DNA of 48,659 nucleotides, counting the filler, from Sphacelaria rigidula (taxonomy: Eukaryota), in NCBI GenBank assembly GCA_964200075.2. It is 3 parts of 3 records of this genome, joined end to end, with 100 filler letters (N's around TTAATTAATTAA, not from the genome) between each part and the next. Parts side by side here need not be neighbours in the genome. Positions count along the whole stretch, not along the records: positions 32,509 to 48,659 come from CAXNAA020001461.1; 2 more parts are not named here. One strand, written 5' to 3'. The notes below the pieces were generated by a model. That model saw only the letters and a list, made by a program, of their open reading frames with translations, did no database searches and had not been told where the DNA came from. Positions 34,792 to 46,700 of the stretch are shown piece after piece. Each line of letters starts with the position of its first letter. Within the stretch, counting starts at the first letter, position 1. The position numbers and the translations under genes were made by a program.

Positions 34792-37700
34792 CTGCGGCAA
34801 ATGGCGAACGTTGAACACCTCGAAAATCATTCTTGATCTCGCGGTGATTCAGCACAAACTCGACGGGTATCCTGAGTGCACATCCTCTGAAATCCACACA
34901 TTTTGGACTGTGAAAGCGTCATCTTCCAGCCGGTTTATGTGTGCCAATGCGCATTATTTAGTGGGTTTTAACGTGTAAATGCTCCAGCAGTCATGATTCC
35001 GAAAGCTTCGCACTCAATCGGGTATACGTGAAGAGAGAGCGTCGGCTCTTGGCACAGCAAATTGCGGGTCGACTTCCTCAGAAGCCCATGAAGGGATTTT
35101 CATTGGCGGGAACCCAGGGCGCCGAATAATTTTTCTCGGGTCAAAGCCGTTACGCATACTGAAAGCTATATAACGTTTGCATTGTGTGTACACACGGCTG
35201 GTCACTGGCAATGTAACGGGGCATAATATGCGCGTGTGACCTGCCTCATGGCCGTCAGATTGTGTTAATCCCCGAAAACCACGAGTGCCTAATTTTCTCT
35301 GTTCAAAAGTTACCGTCTACCAGGCGTTTCGAAGACATGACGGGTCAATGGTGGATGAGAGATACAACAGCGGTCGTTTTGATGGTCTGCAGACTGCGGG
35401 CTTTCTAAACGTCGGGGAATAGATGCGGCCATGAACGCCCGCGAACATTGGATATCCAAGTCTCAAGTGTAGTTGCATGGGACTTGTGGCTGGACTATCC
35501 AAATGTGGTGTTCATGAAAATCCCCACAGTTAGTGTTGATATTCAACCAGTCGAGAATAGTGGTAGTACTGAAGTATTTGGCATCAGCGCTGAGGATTCG
35601 ATGCCAATATTAAACAAGTCGAGATTCGTTGCGAAACAATTTTCCCCGTGTTCAGTGCTTTGTAGCCAAATGATACCAAGCCGTAGGTTTCGGCATAATC
35701 GCATACATGATTGGAGCAGCAGGAGACAGGGAATCCTGGATTGATGGCCCTTATCTGTGTGGCCCCTTGCTATTTGGCTCATGATGTGGGCTGTTTCTGG
35801 ATCACTCCGCAATAATAAGAAGTTGAAAAAAGGACTACTGGAGGAGTCCCTCGTGGATAGTCCTCTTGTCCAAATCGTCTGGCAGAGGCTACAATATCTA
35901 GGTATTGTTCTTCCGGCACTCTGTTAGAGGAGTTTGGCTGAGGAGAAAGTGGGCTGCAGCAGGAAGCCAGTTTAGCCCACAGACAGAAAGACAACTTGAA
36001 GCGCCCAGCTGAGGGGGATGCTCCGTGAGTTGGAGGACGCACAAGTCAGGCAAGAGTCTCTCAGTGAAGTGCTGAATTCTATTTGACATGGCTCAAGCGG
36101 CGGCAGCACCGCTGGTGTTAGGTAAGCCGTTAGAACCGCCTACGTATGGCGAAGTGTGGACAGAGGAGGCATTGCGCAATTTTTTCGCAGCATATCTTGA
36201 CTATTTAGAAAAGTTGCATCTGGCCAATGCAACAGGAGTCGTTAAGTATACCAGGGTGAGCATCGGACAACTCGTCCCAACATATATTCACCGGTGCTTC
36301 GAAGATATGTACAAGGACCGTCGGGCTATGACCCCCGACGCATTGCTAGATGCTGTGAAGCAGCATGCCGGGTACACTACAACCGGCGGCAAGCATGACC
36401 CTGCGCGGGCTGCAGCAGACCTAAGTAGAGTTCTTACTATGCCACACAGCGGTGGAATGTCCGTCAAGGATCATGCGATGATGATTAGTTCATCGATGGA
36501 AACGCTTTTCGCAGAAACCTCACGGTGCAGGCCATGTACCGTGCGGAGGACAGGAGTTTGATGCCAGGCCCGGCCGAGTCGGTTTCCACGGCTTTGGTGG
36601 ACGGGATTTCGCCTCCGGAGTTCAAGACGTATATTAGAAGTGTACTAACGTATGTTGACGGTTAGGAAAAGAACTCGACCGTGGTGTCCAACAAGAGTTT
36701 TGATGCTGCCGACCAGTGGAAGTTCATTGAAGCACATAGCCGGCGCGATTCTGCAACAAGTGCAGGTCGTATGCACCGCAAACAGCAACAGCACCAACAA
36801 CAGAAACAGCAGCCGTCTTCGCGAGCGTCGTCCACTCGCGCGTGTTACAACCACGGCGACACCGGACATATGATCAAGGATTGCCCCAAGCCTCGCGCTC
36901 AAGGCGCTGCACAGGGCAATGCGCGAGATTCATCAGGATCTCGGGGCGGTCGTCACGGTGGACGGGGCCGTGCCAACCAGGGACGCGGGCGCGGCGGCCG
37001 CGGTAGCAAGCAATCGGCGGCGGATGGTGGTTCCTCTGCTGCTATTTCTTCCACTATAGGTCGTGGCTCTGGATCTTATGGTTCGTCCGTATTGGGGCGA
37101 ACTGTGTACTTGGAAAGTGCAAATACTCCGGTGGGGAGTGCTGAAGCAAATAGTTCGCAACCCCTCGGCTAGGCAGAATCCGTGTCTAGCGCATCTCCTA
37201 CGGCTGCGACGGCTGTAACAGCGCCGTCTGCATATTCGGCGACTTGGTCTGGTTGGACCGACGATTCGCAGCGATCGATGGCAAGTGCTGGAGGACAACC
37301 CTTGCGTCAGGTGACTCGTTGTACAGAACAGGGTTCTTCGGCAGGCGTGATACCTGTCGATCGCAAGGCTGAATCCTTACGCGCAGATTTAACCTTGCCT
37401 GGTTTTGTAGGTTCATTTATGGCTCGCGTTATTCCGGGTTCTGGGTCCGCGCTCATGTCGATCGGTGTGGGGTTGCTTGAGAAAATGTCTTCGCAATTTG
37501 GCGGCGCTCAGCTTCAGATGCCGTTCGAAAACGGACCGCAAACGGCACAGACCGCCACCTGTGCTCCCGTGACGGTTATATGTAAAACGGTGACAATTAC
37601 TGTTAGCGTGTGTACACCGTGGGGGGCTGTGGAGTTGCAGCCCACCACTTTCGCTGTCATGCCCGGTAGGGACAACGTGATTCTATTTGGGATGGCGACG

Positions 37701-40700
37701 ATGAAGGAGCTTGGGATTGATTTGTACCCGCTGGCGTTGGAGAAGTTACGCCCGCATGCTGTGCTGGTGCAAAGCGGCCCGGAAAACCCCCGTTACCTTG
37801 CTGCAAGGTAACGGGATTGTGTCCATGCGGTCATTCCAGAGCGCCAATGAGGAGGAGGCTCCTGCAGATGAAGCGGTGGAGCGCTTGGTCGATCGGGGGC
37901 CCGACATGTTCATGGATCCAGCAGAGGGGAGATGTGCAAGAGAACGTGCGCTTGAGGATAGCGTGCAGCACGCCCAGCAGAAGGGCCTGAGCGCCGATGG
38001 CGCACATTGTCTGCGTGATATTTTGGCTCGTCGCGTAGATACATTTCGTCGTGCGGTGCGTGGTGATCCGCCAGCGCGCGTTGAGCCCATGAGGGTGCAG
38101 CTAAAGCCCCAGGCAAAGGCGGTGAAGGCCAAGCCCAGACGGTATGATCCGGTGAAGACCGGGTGGCTTGCCTCATGCATCGCAGCTTCGGTGGCGTTTG
38201 GTTTGTTGGTTGGGAACATTCAGGCTGTGTGGGCGAGTCCGGCGATGGCGGTGCCGAAAAGGAACACAGTCCGTTTGGCCAGCGACTACCAGGCGGTGAA
38301 CGCGCAAGTGGAACAGTCTCCGGGAGTGATGCCAAGCCAACAAGACATGCGGGAGTTGCTGAGAGCCCAGCAATATCGGTATGTCCTTGAACACATTCCT
38401 GAAGAGCACAATTGTGGGGGAGATCTGGTGTCTCGCTTGGTGAAGATTCCTACCATGCTTGTTCGTTCTGTTGCCGTGTACAGCTCGTGTGATGCCGATG
38501 ACTCGCTGCCCTCGTTAGATGTCATTCGTATCGCGCAGCGCAAAACAGTCGGCGACGGTGTTCATTCTTTTCCTAGGACTTTCGATCACGCTGCTTTGGC
38601 TGACGATAGTTTGTTTCGCGTGCGCGTTGGCAGTAATGATGCTTTGTGGATTCCGTTGGATGATAAGGCTCTACAAACTCGCTTGATGGTGTGCGATCAC
38701 ATGCGGTCGGCTGGTCACCGTGGTGTGGCGCCGACTCTGTTTCGTTTGTACTGTGTGTGGCCTCACATGGATTCCCACGTTCGCGAGTTCGTTCGCCAGT
38801 GTTTGCATTGTGTAGACACTCGTGCTGGTGCGATTGTACCTCGTCCGTATGGCGATACTGTGCATGATACTGCGCCAGGTGAAGTTGTTCACTTAGATTT
38901 TCTGTACGTCGGAAGTAGCGGACCTGAAGGTGCTAATGGGTTACCTGATTATGATGGTTTTCGCTACGTTTTAGTTATCATGGGTGACTTGTCCAATTTC
39001 GTTTGCTTAGAGCCGACCGAGGCTTCCACCGCCGAGCTTACGGCTAAGCACTTGCTTCATTCGTGCAAGACATTGGGGGTGCCGCGTGTTTGGGTTAGTG
39101 ATACCGCCACGCACTTCAAGAATCGAGTGATCGCGCAGCTGAGCGATGCGCTCAAGGTGCAACATCAATTTGCTGTAGCGTATACCCCTTGGTCGAATAG
39201 TGCTTGTGAACGCATGGTGAAAGAGGTTATTCGTGCGTTGCGATCAACTTTATCGGAACAGAGACGGTCAGTGTCTGAATGGATTGATGTTTCGCCAGCC
39301 GCTCAGTGGGCGTTGAATACATGCTTTCGTGAACGCTACCGTAACACTCCGTATTGTGTGATGTTTGCGCGTGCGCCGCGTACAGCGTTTTCTGCGCTAG
39401 CTTTTGTCACTGGCGGCGAGTGGAACATTGATGTCATGGATGCTGATTCGTTGCGTGACAAGGTTCGAGGCGTGGTTGACGAGCAAGCGCGGTTTTGTGA
39501 CGAAGTGCAAGCTGCTGTCGCGGTGACTCGCGAAACCAAACGCGAGCTTGCTCAGGGCCAGGCTGTGTTGCTCGAGTTTGCAGTTGGCGATTTCGTATTG
39601 TATGCCCGTGTTCGGAGGCAAGGTGTGACGCCAAAGGTGATGTCCACGTGGACAGGTCCGTGGCGAGTGGTCGGAGCCGATCACGCTCACGTGTATTGGG
39701 CGCAGAACATTGTTTCTGGCGCCGTGCATTCGGCCCATGTCGCTCGTTTACGTTTCTATGCTGACCCGCAGTTGCACATCACTGGGGAAATAAAAGATGT
39801 ATTTCAGCATTCGTATGCTCAAGGTGAATGTCGGCTAAATGCTTTGGTGCACGTCGCTGAGGATGTCAATGGTGATGCCATTGTTTTGGCCGATTGGGAA
39901 GGCTTCGGTTTTGAAGAACGTACGTGGGAGTCTCTTCGCAAGATTCATTCTTCTGCGCCTGAATTTGTTTCGAAGGAACTGCGTAAAATGCGGTTGACTC
40001 GGGCGCTGACCAGTACATTAGCGTCGGAGTATGGTATTTCTTTGTGATTTGGCGCATGCGAATGCGTCTTGATTTTTGTTGATTGTCAAGCTCGTTCGTT
40101 TGTCTTGAACTCGCTTTGGGGGTGCTGTAGCCAAATGATACCAAGCCGTAGCTTTCCGTACAATCGCATGCATGATTTGAGCAGTGGCAGGAGACAGGGG
40201 ATCCTGGATTGATGGCTCTTATCTCTGCGGCCCCTTGCTGTCTGGCTCATGATGTGGTCTGTTTTTGGATCACTCCAAAAAATAAGAAGTTAGAAGAAAG
40301 GACTTGTCGAGCACGAGGCCAGTACCACTGGAAGAGTCCCTCGTGGATAGTCCTCTTGCCCAGATCGTCTGGCAGAGGCTAAAGCTTGCAAGATATTACC
40401 CGAGTTGAGCGCTGACCCTCGACTGCTTTCACATTGAATTACCGGTAACGTTTTGACGATCGCGAAACCCAAGCATACCTTATGAACATCGGCGTTGTGC
40501 AATCCCACCCTATGAAACACGTAGGGCAGACAAGCGTTGTCCGTGCGTAACCCTACGATACGATGTCTACCAGTCGTCACTAATGCATGTATATGGGGGT
40601 GACAACCAGCTTTTGTGCACGACAATCTTGACATGATGACAAATATCAAGTCAGTTTTGTAATTTTCACCTGGTAACTTCCTGAAGAAACAGCACGGACT

Positions 40701-43700
40701 CTTGGCATAGCGCCTTGCGGGCAAACTCCTCGAAGGCGGCGGTAAACTCAGGCACCGCCGCCACGCGCTCGTATGTCCATATTCCAGCCATGACCTCGGA
40801 TGCTAAACGCTGATCAAGATCCGTTCCTTCTAGCTCCTCCAGTCCAAACCTCTGCTGCTCGGCCTCTACCCTAGGGGCAACAACAGCGGTGTCCATTCCC
40901 CCGCAGGGGTTGCCGTTTTCGGATTGTTGCAGGGATGTTGCCTGGGAATATCCTCGTCCACTTGAATACGAAACGGCTCTGCCGTCAGGTTGCCAGAAGT
41001 CGGCGCACTCCGGCGAATCTCTGGGGGCGGGTCGGTGCATTGATGACGGTAAGGCGGTCGGGGCTCGTTTGAGGGATCGAGGGCTTGACCTTGTGGAGGA
41101 AGGCGGTATTTTGCCCTCCGGCTGCTTTAGTCGATGTTTCTTGTCGTGGAGAACGAAAGAACGGCACCCACCACTTACTCCCACAGCGAATGGATCTGGA
41201 TATCAGGTCATATGGCTCACCCGATCTCCTGAAACCCGAGATTACCTGAACGTAAAGTTACCCTTCCCAGGATTGTGAAAGGGTGCCCCGCTCAAACCAC
41301 AGTTTTTCACATAGTTTTTCTATTTGCTCCACGAGAGTCAGGTGATCCGGCCTGAGACCACCCGCAGAATTCGATCCCTGGACCTGTGGGGCATGGTCGT
41401 TGTCGAAGAGTATGGTGACTGCACCAATAGTTGGAGCCGTGACTCCCGTGCCGGGATCGCGCCGTCATTTTGGCTGGACAAGCCAGGTCACAGCGAGAGA
41501 GGGGATGCAGCTCGCGCAAGCCACGAACTGCCGACGTTGTGGTCGTTCAGAGAACAAAGTGATTGCACCCATAATGTCATTATGGTGGTCGAAATATCCA
41601 ACAGACGCGTGACGCGAGTCACGGTCACGGCCACGGTCACGGTCACGGTCACGGCCACGGTCACGGATATGACTCTCAGCACCACGCAATATTGTGTCAT
41701 TCTCAGTTCATGCCATTTCTGGGCAAAAGTCATGCTACATCGCGAATCGAGCGGAGCTTTAGGTGTCGTTATGTAGGTTCTGCAAGATGTCGTCGCAGTC
41801 GTGCCGACCTTGGCAATAGCATTGTCGTGCTTGTGGTGCTTTCGGGCGGTGATTGGTGATACACATCAAACAGCTAGTCAATAATACCTTTCTACTGTAA
41901 CCGTCATCATGTATCGGGGATGTGTGCAACACGGTCTACGACTTCACGGTCAGATCGTGTCTTCATCAAACATTGTTTTGGTGTCGAGAACGTGCGGTCG
42001 CATCGAATTCACTCGTACCTGATACGCCCACGGCATGTATGTTCTCAACCATCTGAGAAAATTGACGCCGTGGACGTATCAGATACGAGCGAAATCGATT
42101 CCACTGCACAATTTCGAGTCGAAAACAATATGATAAAGCATGGCCTCACCAACAAAAATACCGTTCTGTTGGTCCGGGCGATCTCGGAAATTCTAACTTT
42201 ATCCTATTCGCCCGAGTGATCGAGTGTAATGTCTTCATATCCCGATCGCCTGCCGTGGGAGTCGGCCTGAGACAAATGATGATGGCGAGAACTACACAGG
42301 GATGCATCATCTCGCCTTATTTTTATCTCGTAAAATTCTCGAAATCAGCTGCGAGTTGTGCACGTTATGGGCGTGAATATCTATTGTCGAGAGAGATTGG
42401 TTGAGTATACTCGAAAACGAAACACTATGCCGTCGATAAGGAGGCTGCGTCAGTCAGGAGGCAACAAGTCCAGCTATGTTGCACATTCGTCACTACTCTC
42501 ATCTCTCTTACGCTCCCATGGTTCCTTGTTTCCACTTTTGTGATATTGTACCCAAGAGTTTCGACGTGTTCGCGCTTCGCAATTTCGGCCCAACGTTCGT
42601 CGGCTCACGTTTAGCGCGGCCACCAATAGCATGGATGAGAGGACTGGCTCGCCATGTGAGGAGAAATCTCCGAGAAGTGCCTGCTCTGTGCGCTTCAATT
42701 CGTCTCCCATGCAGGGTGAGTTGGGATTGTGAGGACGGAAACGTCTGTGGACCACGAAGTAGCACATCGTTTCGCAGTTCGCGTGAAGGCATTTTATTTC
42801 TCATGAAACTGGGCCACCGAACTGTATTTATCCAAATATCCCTGTTTTTCGAGCGAATCACCTGTTTCGGTAATTAGATATCAATGACAGCGCGTGACGG
42901 TACAGCTAGCGACGGTTCGGTTTAACATTTAACGGTTCAATCTACTGTTCGGGCTAGGGAAAGTACTCGAAGATACAAATGGTCAAATGACGAAAGGTCA
43001 CCAAGAGTCAAGTCACGAAGGGTTGGACATGAAGGTTTCAAGTACGGAAGGATTCGCTGTACCGGTTTCCAGCACGAAAGGTTGTGTACAGTTCTTCAGC
43101 TTCGAAGAGTTGTTTTGACTCAAGAGACTTTACAGCTTGAGCTCAGCCCCATAGCTGACCCGGCCTGGTCCGGCCAGAACCCGGCGTGCTCTGTCCCGGC
43201 GTTGTAGGGGCGGACCCCCGATGGGGCTGGCGTCGGTTGGCGATGACGCTGAAAAACACGCCACTCACTGCGTAAGCTAGGCAACCAGGTTACCGGTTTT
43301 TTACGCGCTTGGGTTCTTTTTTGCGTTAACCATGATGATAGTCGAGCTAGATCATGTTGTGCGGCGTGGGAGAACCTCAACTCCGCACAACGGGGATGAC
43401 CGTACTACGTAGTGTTGAAATGGCGAGTCACGAGGCAGTGTATAAGCCGTGGATGTCTCTGGAAGTGACGATACCAGAAAATGAAGCAACACGTTGTAGG
43501 CTGTCATCCAAATGCAAGATAACCAGTAGGCTTCGGGCCGAGCAATCTTAGCAGGGTGCAGCTCTCCCTTCATGCGTATCGCCGAGCACACCNNNNNNNN
43601 NNCCGGCTTTGCAGGGATGCGAGGTCAATGGTCATATGACTATGGCATGCATGATCATGAGTACACCCCCCAATAGCTGACACTTTCTCCCCGCCTACCC

Positions 43701-46700
43701 ATTTCCAGCTCTCTGTCGTAAGGAGAGACTAAGGGTTCCATCTTGTGTTGGCCAAGTGGGCACCTGGAAGAGTAATGCACTTGTTTTTTTTCACGAAGCG
43801 GCATCAGTGCACTCGACCGCCACTGTGCACCCTTTGCGAGCCCGTTTCAAAATAAGAGTCGGGCGAGCTCTGTGAGATTCCCTCCTGTTTCGATACAAGC
43901 TGAGTGAGCTCCTCTCTGTGGGACCGTTAAACATTTGAGCTTGTATATCTCAGACAGCATCAGGCCATACTATTCTTGAGAAGTGACGAGCCTCCCCACA
44001 GGCTACGCAACTGCATCTGCAAGTACTGCCCTTGAAGGATAATATGATATATATGCACAAGCGGAAAGTCGCATTTTTGGCAGTCGATGGCATGTAAGCA
44101 TGAGCCGAATACTTGTGCATTTTCGTGGGCATGCATTACTCCTTTGAATTCGAGCCTGACGACGCGATCGCACCTTAGAGGACGAAAAGTGACTGTAACC
44201 ACGAGGTGGGCGCGGCATTTCTGTGTCACGAGACTGCTCGGGTGCAGACTTTGGCAGCAAAGTGCTGGATCGACATCCATCTTGAGGCGTTATCCACATG
44301 CACATTTGAAAGAATACAAAGTTACTCTTGCTCATTATACTACACTATAGGAGGGGAGCATTGAACGTGCGAACTCATCTTCGTCGAATATTGTTTTTCT
44401 TCCTTCAGCTACACTAGATTCCTCCCGTTTTGCGACTGTGTGTTCTGTGTGTTGTCATCCCAACTATTCTGGACGCCGGTCTGCACCTTTGGGTATATGC
44501 AGGCGCACCAGCCGGGGTCACAAAGGATGAAGGCCAACACAGGAGCCTTTCCTTCTTCGTTTGTTTTGGTTCTCTACCCTCCTTCTGCGATGCTTGCCTT
44601 TCATTTTATCGCGAGAGGGGTTCAGCAAACCCTTTTCCTCGTCGACCATCAAGTCGAATTTCATGACTACGCTCTGTTTTACCACGCCAGTCGCTTCAAT
44701 ATTTTTCAAGGAGAAGGTGCAGTCCTGCTTCTCGGCCATCCGCCCCTCGACAAGTGGTTCAACCTCTCAGATAACACCCTCACTTGTACGTCAATGAGTA
44801 CTAATCATAAATGTCGCACATCCTTGAGTAACCCTGTCGCTAGTGACCTCAACTGTCGGCAAGACTCCGGATGAATCATGTCCTCGCAGGTTTTTTTCAC
44901 TCACCTATTTATGTACGGTGCCCGGCCCGCAGAACACTGCCGCCACACACGATGATTTTCGAAACACTGTTCGAGCGAAGGATCTGACTGCAGAGAAGGA
45001 TGTGTTGTTGCGTGACATCTCCAGAACCCCTCGCACAAATTCGTCGGCTATTTGTTGTCTTGTCAGGCGGACTAGCAGACGGTCGTACTGTCTTTCGCTA
45101 CATGCAACTACTCCTGCACTCGGTACTGTACTTGAATGTGCTGTACTGTAAAACTTGTACCTGGTAGGATTTGAGCCATGCTTTGTAACGGTCCATGTAA
45201 ATATATGTACAATGCTCCTGAGGGCATGAGCAAATGAAACCCGAAGTGGTCAACCATGGGATACGCACGGGCAGCTACTTGGTGCCCCATCGCGATAAGA
45301 CGTCCAGAGAGGAAACGGCATGTGCGAGAGACAAAGGCTGCGTTGACGCTGGAAGCGGAACCTTGAGCGCACAAGCGGAGGTTGCGCTCCCTCATCTAGG
45401 CTGTCGTGTCAAAGGTCAGCTTGGTGGGATGTTTTTTCGAGACGCGGTGTCGAAACAGCGGTAGCCCACCTGATCAACGTGCCCCTGTATCCCGTCTGTA
45501 CACACCCATCCCGTAACAAAATTGCGATCTGAAACGAAGGCTACGGTCTAACCTCCACGATCATCTTACATGCTCAACACCGTGTTGACATAATGTCATG
45601 AGTGCCGCAGACCGAGGTGGTCAAGCCGTCCCTATTTCACACATCAACGGCATAAACGAGCATGCAGGAGAGTGCTTTGGTGCTTACTACGGGAGTATCT
45701 ATACCGTCACTGTGCATCTTCTACAGCGCAGATAGCCGGCCATCGAATAAAACGGCAGTCCATGTAAATATTACCTTGAACAATCCGTCACCAAGTGGTG
45801 AACACTTTCTCGTAACGAAGAAATTTCACATCAATCACATGGATACTAAACCAGCAGTAGTAACACATACGTAGGTCAGAGAAATCTTGCACACATGTCG
45901 GGAGTGCGACCTTCGAAGGATCCCATGCAGTACCGTCACTCGTGCGGGGTTCAAGAGACTGGCACTTGCACAAGGTGCCAGTAACGTACATACATTCGTC
46001 GCAAACTGACAACCTACTTCTACGCAAAAGGATCACGTTTCATATCCCCATTTTACGGTTCAAGCCGAGCGGTATCCGCCGGTTTTATCTGATTCGGCGA
46101 CCGCGTAAGATCTTGCCCCGCTCACATCCGCTATGCCCCTCATACCTGTAGGGTGCGAAAGGGGTGGGTGCCTTCGACGTCTGTATCGTTGTTGTCAATA
46201 AAATCATCATGTATCAACACGGCATGGGAACTGCAAAACGTAGCGCTCACCGAGACGCAATTGTCGTCCGTCTAGCCAGCACCTTGGCCACCATTTCTTG
46301 AGAAGGTCTGTGGGAAGAGAAGGCGAGACGTCTCAATGGCTCCACCACCCTGTTTTGACGCCACCGGAAGACAAAACCACAACATGACACGATCCGACAC
46401 GAGACGATCGAGTAGACACCAAGTCAACTCTGATTGGTGAACATCGATCATAAAAACTGCTGACAAGTTGCCGACAATTCAGCGACGATACTGCGATTAT
46501 TTTCATTTCTCCAAGGCGGACACGCTCTTGCCAGCCAGTTTAATCGTGAATTGCGTGTTTCGATCGGATGGTTAGCACTGAGTGAAGAGGGCTCTTACGT
46601 ACGTGGCGTCTTTTTGTACTCAGCAAAACGACCGTCCCTGTGGATGCGTATCGATAGCGAAAGAAATTGAAAGCAATACCCACAAGAGGTAGGGATAAAG

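Larger units (their letters stand above)
35661..40383 (+). mobile_element. Ty3/Gypsy chromovirus-type LTR retrotransposon, non-autonomous (RT/RNase H deleted)
   Basis: Two LTRs; 4-bp TSD GCTT (35657-35660 and 40384-40387); domain order gag, protease, RT stub, integrase, chromodomain. Confidence 0.93.

Noticed and set aside
37711..37809. N-terminus MGLICTRWRW of the 778-aa ORF as a real start
   Set aside because: It overlaps the protease frame; it is an artefact of a frameshift near 37810 in the original polyprotein.
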